A DNA stretch of 46,454 nt from Shigella phage Sf11 SMD-2017: the sequence record MF158038. One strand, 5' to 3'. The notes beneath the pieces were generated by a model. The model had not been told where the DNA came from. It was given only the letters and a program-made list of their open reading frames with translations, and made no database searches. Positions 21,715 through 33,585 of the stretch are shown piece after piece. Position 1 is the first letter of the stretch; each line of letters begins with the position of its first letter. A program made the position numbers and the translations under genes.

Positions 21715-22088
21715 TATGTCACCAGTGCAAAATCAGGCGGCTCTGCGCGATTAAACGTATTGCCATAGTTAATCACATTCAGAATCTGGTTAGCGCCAGC
21801 AGCCAGCGGGTCGGCTTCTGTAACCGTACCAATCATGATGTAATCACCAACATTAGCACCGACATACTCTGTCCAGAAGGTATTCTTCTGCACAATCTCA
21901 TTGCCTTTTGCGTCAGTAGATACATCATCATTGAAGCCGTAATCACACATGATGCTCACTGGCGCGCCAAAGGTCGGCTTGCCGTACTTGTCGGTTCCGG
22001 TCTTGTGCCAGATAGTGCATGTCTGCGTGTAAGAAAACCGAGCAAGTGAAGTCATTTGCATCTGCTCCCACGAACAACCGCAAACCAC
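21714..22088 (-). CDS. Head-tail joining protein
   Basis: Synteny; ATGA-coupled with neighbours. Confidence 0.45.
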   Translation of the reverse strand: MVCGCSWEQMQMTSLARFSYTQTCTIWHKTGTDKYGKPTFGAPVSIMCDYGFNDDVSTDAKGNEIVQKNTFWTEYVGANVGDYIMIGTVTEADPLAAGANQILNVINYGNTFNRAEPPDFALVT

Positions 22089-22480
22089 GGCTTACTACCG
22101 CCGTCAGGGTCTTCCACCAAATCGCCAGTGCATCCCGAGCTGTCCAGTAATTTCATCTGGTTATAAAGCGCAACCCACGGCTTACTGCCATAAGCGAATG
22201 ACTGCGAAGCGCCAGACGGCGCACTCTGACTAGTGACGTAGCGGCCTGCGGTATTAGCTCCAATCAGGATTGAAGCCCACAGCATGATCGCATTCTGTCG
22301 GCATTCATCATTGGGGTAGTTCAGTTCAAGGCATTCGCTGATTGATGCCACAAGGCACAGAATACCGGACGCATCCGTTGTGGTGATAGTCATTCCACGG
22401 GATGCCATCTGGCTTACTAATTCTTCAGGTGTTGGTGCTGCCATTTTTCTTCGACTCCCGTACCTTCCACCACATTTCAA
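22052..22480 (-). CDS. Head-tail adaptor (gp6-like, likely start 22444)
   Basis: N-terminal MAAPTPEEL motif resembling head-to-tail adaptor proteins; synteny. Confidence 0.5.
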   Translation of the reverse strand: MKCGGRYGSRRKMAAPTPEELVSQMASRGMTITTTDASGILCLVASISECLELNYPNDECRQNAIMLWASILIGANTAGRYVTSQSAPSGASQSFAYGSKPWVALYNQMKLLDSSGCTGDLVEDPDGGSKPWFAVVRGSRCK

Positions 22481-22709
22481 AGAGGTTTTTTATTACCAGA
22501 GACAGCGCGCCAAGTATTGATGCCACTGCCGCCCACTCTGTTAATGAGTGTGGAATCATTGCTTCAAAATACGATTGCGTGACAGGTGTTTGTTCTGCAA
22601 CTTTAAGGCCGATACCAGTGCCAATGGAAGCATAGCCAGCTTTGTCAATCACCTGACCTGTCGTTCCGCTTATGATCTGCTCTGCGACTTGTCTTAGTGT
22701 TCCGTTCAT
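22425..22709 (-). CDS. Hypothetical protein with C-terminal transmembrane helix
   Basis: ORF track; hydrophobic C-terminal segment. Confidence 0.4.
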   Translation of the reverse strand: MNGTLRQVAEQIISGTTGQVIDKAGYASIGTGIGLKVAEQTPVTQSYFEAMIPHSLTEWAAVASILGALSLVIKNLFEMWWKVRESKKNGSTNT

Positions 22710-22741
22710 TGCGAGTCTCGCTGATGATATGTTTCCAGCAC

Positions 22742-23182
22742 TTATAGATTTGAATCAGCGAAAAAACGATGGCGACCACGCCAAGAATAATATCCAATTT
22801 CGCCGCCCCATTTAAAAGTGATGGAAAGGATGAACAGATGGATGCCGATAATAATAAATGCGTACTGCGCATGAAGCGGCGTTTCTACAGGCGTGATAAA
22901 TTCCCATACGAATGACTCTATCGCTACCAGCCATTCGTAAAGGCTCATCGTCAGCACGCAGAGCGCCATTTTTGTACTTTTACGCAGCGCAATAGCCGGG
23001 AACAACCAGACCATAGACTGCGCAAGGTAATACAGATATTCGGCGGGAAATGAATCAACAAGCACCCATCCAAGATACACAGACATCGCCATTGCCGGAA
23101 TTAACACCAGAAACGCGACCATGCCCGTGCAGGCAAATCCCAGCACATACATGATCATGATAGCAACGTCTGCGCCGAACAT
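22742..23182 (-). CDS. Multi-pass membrane protein
   Basis: 146 aa with about four hydrophobic helices. Confidence 0.5.
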   Translation of the reverse strand: MFGADVAIMIMYVLGFACTGMVAFLVLIPAMAMSVYLGWVLVDSFPAEYLYYLAQSMVWLFPAIALRKSTKMALCVLTMSLYEWLVAIESFVWEFITPVETPLHAQYAFIIIGIHLFILSITFKWGGEIGYYSWRGRHRFFADSNL

Positions 23183-23302
23183 TATTTTTTACCGCGCGAT
23201 GGTGAACGAGTGGAACCGTTTGGCTTCACTGCACCAGTTTTCCCGCCAGTTTTGGTGTTGCCAGCGGCGCGTGAACGAGACGGACCGTTTGTTGAACCCA
23301 TG
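23183..23302 (-). CDS. Small highly basic Ser/Thr/Gly-rich protein (39 aa)
   Basis: Strong RBS aggagatttaaacATG; ORF MGSTNGPSRSRAAGNTKTGGKTGAVKPNGSTRSPSRGKK; below ORF-track cutoff. Confidence 0.4.
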
Positions 23303-23349
23303 TTTAAATCTCCTGTTGTTTGATTAGCATGATTTTAGCATATTCCTGT

Positions 23350-23378
23350 TGACGTAGATTGAGAGGGTGTTTATAGTA
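23350..23378 (+). promoter_or_regulatory. Island promoter TTGACG-N17-TATAGT with TGACGTAGA operator-like motifs
   Basis: ttgacg 23350-23355, tatagt 23373-23378; motif gacgtagattgag inside the spacer and gacgtagaaac at 23382. Confidence 0.6.
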
Positions 23379-23399
23379 ATGACGTAGAAACAACAATAA

Positions 23400-23735
23400 A
23401 TGTTAGAGGTGATGAAGATGAAAGATGAATTCAAAGGCACAAAGGGTCCGTGGGCATTCAAGAAAGAAAAAGGCGAGCAAGAGTGGTTTGTGTTTCAGGC
23501 TGGAACGTTAAAGAAAAGATATGGCGGGACTATCCGAACTCCAGTGGCGGAAGAAATTAATGATAAACATGACGCCCAACTTATCGCCTCAGCACCAGAG
23601 TTACTTGAGTCTCTTTGTCAGCTTCGCGATTATGTTGAGGATGTTTGCGCAGTATCGTCGGATGATTGTCATGAAGATCATCCATTAAATCTGGCGAACA
23701 AAACAATTAAGAAAGCATTAGGAAAGAAACAATGA
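23400..23735 (+). CDS. Hypothetical protein
   Basis: ORF track; first gene after the island promoter. Confidence 0.5.
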   Translation: MLEVMKMKDEFKGTKGPWAFKKEKGEQEWFVFQAGTLKKRYGGTIRTPVAEEINDKHDAQLIASAPELLESLCQLRDYVEDVCAVSSDDCHEDHPLNLANKTIKKALGKKQ

Positions 23736-24541
23736 AAACACTAAGCAAAATCTATTCAGACAAAGAAACGCGCAACGGAATCGCTGTCAATAAAACCTAT
23801 CTCGTGCCAGTGGAGCGAATCTATCTGGAGCCGGGATATAACATCCGTGAAGCAGACGAGCAACACGTTGAATATTTCGCGCAGTGCTGGGAATCAGGTC
23901 AGCCACTGCCAGCATTAACAGTTATTCCTGACGAGAAGGGAATCCGCATTCTTGATGGTCAGCATCGCTATCTCGGCGCATTGCGTGCCATTGAGCGTGG
24001 CGCACCAATAGTTCGCATTGAGTGCAAAGATTTCACTGGCGACGAGGCTGATAAAATTGCCTTCATGGTGTCATCAAGTCAGGGTAAGCAACTTGACCCA
24101 TTTGAGCGCGCAAAGGCTTACACGCGACTGAAAGGTTTTGGCTGGACGAATGAAGAAATCGCCAAGAAGGTAGGTCGTTCAGTATCTGACGTGCAGATGC
24201 ATCTGTCACTGGGTGATGTGCCTGCGGAAGTAAAAGCGCGAATCAGTGCCGGGCAAATCAGCTATGCAAATGCCGTAGCAGTAACGCGTGAGCATGGCGA
24301 TGATGCTGTTAAAGTTATCGACGAGGCGGTAGAGGAAGCAAAAGCACAAGGCAAAGATAAGGTTACAGCAAAGGTGCTGAAATCGAAAAAGATTAAGCCG
24401 GTAGACCGTCTGATTGAACTGTTGAAGCCAGCAGACCATGTGATTCTACCTGCTGGTCATGTGGTGACAGAGGATGAGGAGTTTATCCAGATTCCTGTTG
24501 CTGATATTCACGAGGTTATGGCAATTCTGGAGAAGATGTGA
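23732..24541 (+). CDS. ParB-like nuclease-domain (ParB/Srx fold) protein
   Basis: ILDGQHRYLGA motif (the DGxHR signature of ParB N-terminal domains); 269 aa. Confidence 0.65.
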   Translation: MKTLSKIYSDKETRNGIAVNKTYLVPVERIYLEPGYNIREADEQHVEYFAQCWESGQPLPALTVIPDEKGIRILDGQHRYLGALRAIERGAPIVRIECKDFTGDEADKIAFMVSSSQGKQLDPFERAKAYTRLKGFGWTNEEIAKKVGRSVSDVQMHLSLGDVPAEVKARISAGQISYANAVAVTREHGDDAVKVIDEAVEEAKAQGKDKVTAKVLKSKKIKPVDRLIELLKPADHVILPAGHVVTEDEEFIQIPVADIHEVMAILEKM

Positions 24542-24744
24542 TGAATGAGCGTTATGATAAATTAATTGCAGGATGGGGAGGACCCCTGCTGGCCAAGAAA
24601 GTTCACTATTTCCGCGATGGGGAAATTATCAGTGAATGTGGGAAATGGATGTTTGGTGGAGGAAGAGAAGATATATCGGCATGGAAACCTGATGCAGTAT
24701 GCAAACAGTGTCTTAAGAAGCACGAGAAGATGGAGAAGATGTGA
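24538..24744 (+). CDS. Hypothetical small protein
   Basis: ORF track; ATGA coupling with upstream gene; Cys-containing. Confidence 0.4.
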   Translation: MMNERYDKLIAGWGGPLLAKKVHYFRDGEIISECGKWMFGGGREDISAWKPDAVCKQCLKKHEKMEKM

Positions 24745-24918
24745 TGACTCCTGAACAATTCATCGAAAAACAACTGCGAACCAAACTACCTGACATTGAC
24801 AAGATGGCAATTGATGCGGCAATTCAGTATTACAAGCGCAATCAGAGCGCAAAGAAGGGCGGCATTTTTGAGGAATGCCTGAAGGTTGCAAAACAGCACA
24901 TGATTAAGGTGAAGTGAT
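24745..24918 (+). CDS. Hypothetical small protein (57 aa)
   Basis: ATG 24745 overlapping previous stop; fills the gap before the DnaN-like gene. Confidence 0.35.
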
Positions 24919-25453
24919 GAAACTAAAAATCAGCAAATTATTACTTGAATCAGCGTTAATCTTTCAGGCACGCAATGATGTGCGCTACTACCTGAACGGC
25001 ATCTGCTTTATGCCTGATGGTCGCATTGCATCAACTGACGGTCATCGCGCATTCATTGGTGGCAGCCATGACAACGAACTTGCTGAAAATGTGATTGTAA
25101 AGGTCAGCAAGTCTCCGACAAAACGCTATGACTACGCCATCATTGATACCAAGTCGAAAATTGCAACGTATCATGATGAAGATGGCGTGATGGTTGGTGC
25201 TGGCATCTGCGAAGAGATTGATGGTCGATTCCCTGATATTGATCGCGTGATACCAAAGGAAACGAGAGCAGCAGAGGAAATTGGCTTCAATGCTGGATAT
25301 CTGGTTGATATTGAGAAAGCTGCGAAGCTATTTAATCCTAAATTCTGTGGTGTTAAGTTTGAATTGAATGGAAATACAAATGCCGCGGTTTGCTGTCTTA
25401 GTGCGCCATCTGGCGAGACTGCAAAGATTGTTGTTATGCCTATGCGACTATAG
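24914..25453 (+). CDS. Truncated DnaN (DNA polymerase III beta sliding clamp)-like protein, 179 aa
   Basis: Segments DVRYYLNGICF...ASTDGHRAF, DGRFPDIDRVIPKE, EIGFNAGYLVD and C-terminal VVMPMRL closely parallel E. coli DnaN (DVRYYLNGMLFE...ATDGHRLAV, DGRFPDYRRVLPKN, EIGFNVSYVLD, ...VVMPMRL), recalled from memory. Confidence 0.75.
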   Translation: MMKLKISKLLLESALIFQARNDVRYYLNGICFMPDGRIASTDGHRAFIGGSHDNELAENVIVKVSKSPTKRYDYAIIDTKSKIATYHDEDGVMVGAGICEEIDGRFPDIDRVIPKETRAAEEIGFNAGYLVDIEKAAKLFNPKFCGVKFELNGNTNAAVCCLSAPSGETAKIVVMPMRL

Positions 25454-25456
25454 CAA

Positions 25457-25485
25457 TAAAAAGCCCCTTTCGGGGCTTTTCTTTT
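25457..25485. terminator. Bidirectional terminator (agcccctttcggggct), near-identical to the one at 19276
   Basis: Same hairpin sequence as at 19280-19295, flanked by A/T runs. Confidence 0.7.
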
Positions 25486-25486
25486 A

Positions 25487-26347
25487 TCACGCCAGATAAG
25501 TATCATCCTCAAACCATGAAACGTAAGCATTGATATTCTGCGCCGCAGTATCCAGTGATGTTATGCGAAGCAGATACGTTGTGTTTGGTGCCATGATTAT
25601 TTGCTCGCCTAATCTAGCCTGCGAGTTACCCTGCCCCTGATTCGATGCGTTACCCTCGCTATATGTTGCTGCGACCGTCAGCTGTCCAATACTTGTGATC
25701 GTAGAGCCAGTAAGAAGCTGTGCCGTAGCTGCTTGTGGCGTTATATCGTTTGGGTTGTTAATCTCTGCCGCCGCACCTCCAGTGGCAACTGCACCGCGAT
25801 AGATTGATGCAACAACACCTTTCCCTGTGTAACCAATAATGCGCTGGTTGAATATCACCTGCTTTGTTCCGGTGATAAAAATGCTGTCAAGGTTTGAGCT
25901 GCCAGCGACATCAGTTACTCTGCGCGACGCAGTGAACAGCTTACCTTGTTTGTTGGCGCGCTCAATATATGACTGAGTGGTAATATCGCTTAACGCCACG
26001 TCAGGCTGAAGGTTTACCACCGATTGCGGAGACACGCCAGCTCGCCACACCGAAACGCGCAGCGAACTTACCGCTGCTGGCAATTCAGTTTTTATTATCT
26101 TCAGGCGCAATGCCACGCCGTAATAATTATTATTGTTGACGTCAATCCAGTAATCACCGGACTCAAATGGCGACACCTTCACGGATACGGTTCCGCTAAC
26201 CAGTGGCGTGTATGCACCAGATGAATCAAGTGGCATCACGTTAACCTGTAGTGCCGTCCAGTCAGCAGACATCAGTTCATCAAGCATTACCTCGCCGTCA
26301 TCACGCGTGGTGAATATGTCGTATCTTACAGCCATAGGAACCCCCAA
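25487..26347 (-). CDS. Hypothetical virion-associated protein (possible decoration/fibre)
   Basis: 286 aa Gly/Thr/Ser/Ala-rich ORF downstream of capsid gene. Confidence 0.4.
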   Translation of the reverse strand: MGVPMAVRYDIFTTRDDGEVMLDELMSADWTALQVNVMPLDSSGAYTPLVSGTVSVKVSPFESGDYWIDVNNNNYYGVALRLKIIKTELPAAVSSLRVSVWRAGVSPQSVVNLQPDVALSDITTQSYIERANKQGKLFTASRRVTDVAGSSNLDSIFITGTKQVIFNQRIIGYTGKGVVASIYRGAVATGGAAAEINNPNDITPQAATAQLLTGSTITSIGQLTVAATYSEGNASNQGQGNSQARLGEQIIMAPNTTYLLRITSLDTAAQNINAYVSWFEDDTYLA

Positions 26348-26375
26348 TAAAAAACCCGCATTATGCGGGTTCAGT

Positions 26376-26573
26376 TTACTCTGCTTTCTTTTTCTTTGTC
26401 GTCTTTTCTTGCGGGGTTGCGACTTCGAAAGACTTTTCCAGTTCTGGCATGATGCGCAGCTTTGGTAGCAGATGCTCGGCTGGTTCGGTAATCACCTCGC
26501 CAAGCTGCAACTCACGAATCTTGCCTTTCTCTTTTACAAAGATTCCTCGCGCGATCACTTCGTATTTAGCCAT
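26376..26573 (-). CDS. Hypothetical small protein
   Basis: ORF track; Lys-rich C-terminus. Confidence 0.4.
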   Translation of the reverse strand: MAKYEVIARGIFVKEKGKIRELQLGEVITEPAEHLLPKLRIMPELEKSFEVATPQEKTTKKKKAE

Positions 26574-26614
26574 TATTCACCTCAAATTCACAAAGGGGCC
26601 GAAGCCCCTTTTTA

Positions 26615-29645
<3,031 letters not shown>

Positions 29646-29904
29646 ATAATGGCGAATCAGTGAGCGCGTAGAGCGTGAGAAAGTAAGTGATAGGGATTAT
29701 GTTCATGGGCTACCTCCTGATTAAATGATAGCAGCCCATGATGAACAAAAGATATACGGTGTTAGTCTGAAATCACATCATCCATGAATGCAAGCGCAGC
29801 ACCTGACAGGCAGAACATAGCGCCATAGCAAATCATCTGGTACAGAGTGTCAGCCTCAAATACTCTCGCGAATGCGTATGCTGATAATATCCACAGTAAT
29901 GGAA

Positions 29905-30231
29905 TCATAACCCAGCCTCCTGTTTTGCCCGGTGCACGTATGTCATAAACTTACCAATCGGCATTTCCTTGCGGATTTGCGCCAGAATCGCGCCGTGCAG
30001 CATCCTTTCTTCGCCGAAATACAATTTATCAAGTCGAGTTTTAATAAGTGCTCGTGTGCGCTTCATGTGGTCGCGTGCTTTAAGTGCTTTCTCGTACCAG
30101 ACGCGATCATTCTTCTTATCCGCATATTGCAGTTGACGCTCAACTGTTTCTATTTCAAACGCCAGTTGCACGTCATAATCTTCAAGCTGAATGATGTCTG
30201 CTTTCATGATGTCGTTTAACTGGATAATCAT
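29905..30231 (-). CDS. Hypothetical protein
   Basis: ORF track. Confidence 0.45.
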   Translation of the reverse strand: MIIQLNDIMKADIIQLEDYDVQLAFEIETVERQLQYADKKNDRVWYEKALKARDHMKRTRALIKTRLDKLYFGEERMLHGAILAQIRKEMPIGKFMTYVHRAKQEAGL

Positions 30232-30581
30232 TTTTTCACCTTTAATCCTGCTTGTTCAATTGCCTCAACAACATCTTCTGCATAGTAAATAGCGTGGCAT
30301 CCCAAACTTTCTTCCTCTGGCAATTCAATCTCAATTTCTGCGCGCGATGCAACCCAAAATTCCCATAGGTCAGCTGTTATCCAGTTAACGTAATCACCAT
30401 CATCATTAACTGTCAGATAATCTTCCCCATACGCGTGCTGAATCTTCTGCTCAAACTGCTCTCTACTCGTCATCTTCACTTCCTCCACTATCCAGCCCAT
30501 CTTTCTACGGTTATTGGCAATAAACTCATCCGATGTTACAAACAGAGTTCTGCCGGATTTATGCTTAATAGCCCATCTCAT
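30228..30581 (-). CDS. Hypothetical protein
   Basis: ORF track; coupled to neighbour. Confidence 0.45.
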   Translation of the reverse strand: MRWAIKHKSGRTLFVTSDEFIANNRRKMGWIVEEVKMTSREQFEQKIQHAYGEDYLTVNDDGDYVNWITADLWEFWVASRAEIEIELPEEESLGCHAIYYAEDVVEAIEQAGLKVKK

Positions 30582-30706
30582 TTAGTACGTCCTCAGCAAG
30601 CTTGCGGAACATGATTTGCACTCTTGCCACCTTGCGCCATTCAGCCTCGGTGAGAATCACATCCTCCTGCTGCGGCATTCCTGACATTTCGCATGGCGGT
30701 AGTGGC

Positions 30707-31405
30707 TCATACTCTTTCTTCTTGCGTTTTGTTTTTCCCATGATAGCCTCTTGCGCTGCGAAGAAGTGAATTAAACAGATTGCTCACATTTACTTCCTGA
30801 CCCTTCCATGAGTAAGACCACAGCTTCTTGTGGTTGTCATAGCTTCGCGTCACATCACCGTTGTGAAACATGATGCGTATTCGGCTTTTCACGATTCGGT
30901 AATCAATGCCAGTGGCAGCGCTGATTTCTTTCACTTCCGCGCCAGCGTTATCAAGCAAATGGCACTTAATCGCATCATCAATACCAGCGGCATCATCAGA
31001 GATGAAGTATTTATACTGCCACTTACCACCACGAATCACTGACTTCTCGCGGCGAATAAAGCCAAGCGCAAGCATCTCATGCAAACGATGTGTTGTGGTG
31101 CTTGAATGCTTTCCTCCGCAATGCTTTTCAATGTATGCACGCGTTGCGCCGGGATGCATCATAATCACGCGCATGATTTGTGATTTATAGTCCATAATCA
31201 CGCTCCTCTGCCGCCTGATTGAAGTCATCGGCGGTGTAGAGGTGTCCGTTGCGTGTGTTCCATTTCCTTGTTGCGCACATTTTATCCATGCACGACTTTG
31301 ACCTTGCATCACACTCATTGCATTCTGCGTGCCATCCATCATCGTATTCAAGGCAATCAACATCTGGCGAACCGCAGAATGGACACTCCAGCAATCCTTC
31401 ATCAT
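30707..31405 (-). CDS. Putative winged-helix DNA-binding protein (likely start near 31195)
   Basis: HTH-like segments (RAYIEKHCGG...HRLHEMLALGFIRRE; EISAATGIDYRIVKSR); the ORF-track N-terminus overlaps the upstream gene in another frame. Confidence 0.4.
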   Translation of the reverse strand: MMKDCWSVHSAVRQMLIALNTMMDGTQNAMSVMQGQSRAWIKCAQQGNGTHATDTSTPPMTSIRRQRSVIMDYKSQIMRVIMMHPGATRAYIEKHCGGKHSSTTTHRLHEMLALGFIRREKSVIRGGKWQYKYFISDDAAGIDDAIKCHLLDNAGAEVKEISAATGIDYRIVKSRIRIMFHNGDVTRSYDNHKKLWSYSWKGQEVNVSNLFNSLLRSARGYHGKNKTQEERV

Positions 31406-31442
31406 TCATCATTGGCATATATGGCGCTGTCATTTTAACCAT
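31185..31442 (-). CDS. Zinc-ribbon protein resembling Lar-type restriction-alleviation proteins
   Basis: CPFCG...HAECNECDAR...WNTR pattern (CxxC...CxxC zinc ribbon) in an 85-aa protein. Confidence 0.4.
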   Translation of the reverse strand: MVKMTAPYMPMMNDEGLLECPFCGSPDVDCLEYDDGWHAECNECDARSKSCMDKMCATRKWNTRNGHLYTADDFNQAAEERDYGL

Positions 31443-31624
31443 TCTCCTAAGTTGTTAAATTTAGGCACATCACCAGACCAGTCGATAACATCTTTCTGCT
31501 GGCTGCGCTTGCGTTGCAGGCGGTTGCGCACTTCACGAAGTTCGCACTCAAGCCATTCTCGCGTGCGCTCAACTTCATTAAGTCGCTGGATTAGCGAGTT
31601 TTCGTACAGTTCGTCATGCGCCAT
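31430..31624 (-). CDS. Hypothetical coiled-coil protein
   Basis: ORF track. Confidence 0.4.
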   Translation of the reverse strand: MAHDELYENSLIQRLNEVERTREWLECELREVRNRLQRKRSQQKDVIDWSGDVPKFNNLGEWLK

Positions 31625-31684
31625 TTGTAATTTCTCCCGTAGAATTTTATAACAACGTGCTCAACGCACAGATAACCTTCATCT

Positions 31685-31912
31685 TCAACCGTTACTGGTT
31701 GAACTATAAACCACCGCAGATATAAGTTCGTCGGCCTTTTCACGACCGGCAACCTCCGCTTCAAGCGCCAGTGAACACATGGCAGTTTCCACATACTTAA
31801 TGGTATCCTCGCGAACGTTAAGGATTTCCATAACCTCGCGCACTTCTTTCTGATATCTCGCTGCTATTTCTTTGTATCGCATTTCCACATCACCTTTTCC
31901 GTTGTGGTACAA
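31685..31912 (-). CDS. Hypothetical small protein (likely start at internal ATG near 31879)
   Basis: RBS aaaaggtga upstream of ATG MRYKEIA; ORF-track N-terminus would overlap the promoter motif. Confidence 0.4.
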   Translation of the reverse strand: MYHNGKGDVEMRYKEIAARYQKEVREVMEILNVREDTIKYVETAMCSLALEAEVAGREKADELISAVVYSSTSNG

Positions 31913-31981
31913 TCTACGTCAATAAGTATTGACTAAGTGACGTAGAAACGTCAAGATGTTTTTCGAGAAGGAGTAGTAAAT

Positions 31982-32176
31982 ATGCCAAGACCACGACGAG
32001 AGCCGATGGACATTATCACCAGCATTGTGGAGAAGCGACAGCCGCTGACACTCCGTGATGTTCGCTACTTTGCCCGTTGCTACGTGGCACTGGCTGATAT
32101 GCCAAAGGATGAGATGTATGATTTGATTCGCGACAACTTCAGTGTTGATGAAAATAATCGAGTGAGGATGAAATGA
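31982..32176 (+). CDS. Hypothetical protein
   Basis: RBS gaaggag upstream of ATG 31982; first gene of a plus-strand island. Confidence 0.5.
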   Translation: MPRPRREPMDIITSIVEKRQPLTLRDVRYFARCYVALADMPKDEMYDLIRDNFSVDENNRVRMK

Positions 32177-32781
32177 AAAAGTGGAAATACCTGAAAGGTT
32201 GCGAGAATGATTTTAACGGCCATAACACGGCTGTCCTTGTGGTTAAGTCAGGACGAACCGGTATGATTCACTATTTAAGTTGCTGTTACGCAGGGAGAAT
32301 CAGCGACATCGAAGGTGCTGGAGATATCGTAATTGCCATTCGCGTACCGGTGAATGACGAACAAGACCTCAACGAATGCATTGGCGCACCGGAAGCTGAT
32401 GTGAAGCGAGGCGGCTTTACTCCCAACACCACATTTGTTGGCGGCCTCAACCCTGATCCATCAATTATGGGTGTTCCATTGCGGGAAATCGATGGCGCAG
32501 AAACCGTAACTTACCCAGGCGTTGATGCGCTAATCACCGAACGCGGCAGCCGTTACGGCAAATTCAAAGATGGCGCTGACATCATGCAGTCATTGAAAGA
32601 TGTTATGCGCGAAGTTGATGGCTGGCACAACCTGACGCCAAGCCAACGCGAGGCGCTAGACATGATTCAGCACAAAATTGGACGCATCCTGAACGGCGAC
32701 CCGAAATATGATGATAGCTGGAAGGATATTGCTGGCTATGCGACGTTAATTGTTAATGAACTGAACGGAGAGATTAAATAA
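32173..32781 (+). CDS. Hypothetical protein with conserved C-terminal helical region
   Basis: ORF track; ATGA coupling; C-terminal segment SQREALDMIQHKIGRILNGDP...DSWKDIAGYATL. Confidence 0.5.
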   Translation: MKKWKYLKGCENDFNGHNTAVLVVKSGRTGMIHYLSCCYAGRISDIEGAGDIVIAIRVPVNDEQDLNECIGAPEADVKRGGFTPNTTFVGGLNPDPSIMGVPLREIDGAETVTYPGVDALITERGSRYGKFKDGADIMQSLKDVMREVDGWHNLTPSQREALDMIQHKIGRILNGDPKYDDSWKDIAGYATLIVNELNGEIK

Positions 32782-33089
32782 TGTCATTCTGCGACATCAC
32801 CATCGCGCAACGAAACGCGAACTACACCAACATTGCTGACACATCAGCGCAACTGGTATCACTGAACAGCGACGGCAGCGCAGTGCTAAAAATCGGCACA
32901 GAGACAGCGCAATTCATCGTGCAGAATCTGTCGCAGGAGAACGCAAAGCAGGTGCTGATTAGTACGGGAAGCGTTCTGTTTCTGGCTGGTAATTACAATG
33001 CACCGAACCTTGAGTGCTCACTAGTGCGCATCGTTGAAACTGCGACCGAGGAATCTGTTGATGAGCCAACAACACTGCCAGCAGAGTGA
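32781..33089 (+). CDS. Hypothetical protein
   Basis: ORF track; TAATG coupling. Confidence 0.45.
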   Translation: MSFCDITIAQRNANYTNIADTSAQLVSLNSDGSAVLKIGTETAQFIVQNLSQENAKQVLISTGSVLFLAGNYNAPNLECSLVRIVETATEESVDEPTTLPAE

Positions 33090-33224
33090 GCCATCAAAAC
33101 CATCTGCATGGTGTGAGCAAATGGAGCGCAATGCGAAAGATGGTGATGAGGCGTATGCTTATTTTCAGCTGAAGCAGATGTGGAAGCAACGAGAAAGTTC
33201 TGAGCAGGCCAGTTAAACATAAAG

Positions 33225-33250
33225 CCCCATTGCGGGGCTTTTTTCATCCC
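33225..33250. terminator. Bidirectional terminator (agccccattgcggggct + T-run)
   Basis: GC hairpin with T-run. Confidence 0.65.
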
Positions 33251-33585
33251 TTAAACTTTATCCAGCCGAACATCCTGACACCAAGCCACATAACGCCAGC
33301 CCTCAACGATGATACTCCGCTATCCTTCAGCGCCTGCCTGAAGCAATCATCAGCGAAATGCCTGTCTGAATGGGTTGCATACAGATAATCATGAACGGCT
33401 GCCGCTTTCTGCCCCACATCACCAATAAAAGCAAACAGGTAAGGAAATCGCGGAACGCTGGCGAAATCAGTGCGAAATCCTGCTGGCACTTTTATTTCCT
33501 GATGCCGAAACTCATAGATTAGCGGCTCAATTAGTGTCCACGTTGAGTTTTTGTTCAGCTTGACGATAAGGTCTGATTTGAACAT
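33244..33585 (-). CDS. DUF1353-like protein
   Basis: GFRTDFASVP motif typical of DUF1353 phage proteins; 113 aa. Confidence 0.5.
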   Translation of the reverse strand: MFKSDLIVKLNKNSTWTLIEPLIYEFRHQEIKVPAGFRTDFASVPRFPYLFAFIGDVGQKAAAVHDYLYATHSDRHFADDCFRQALKDSGVSSLRAGVMWLGVRMFGWIKFKG

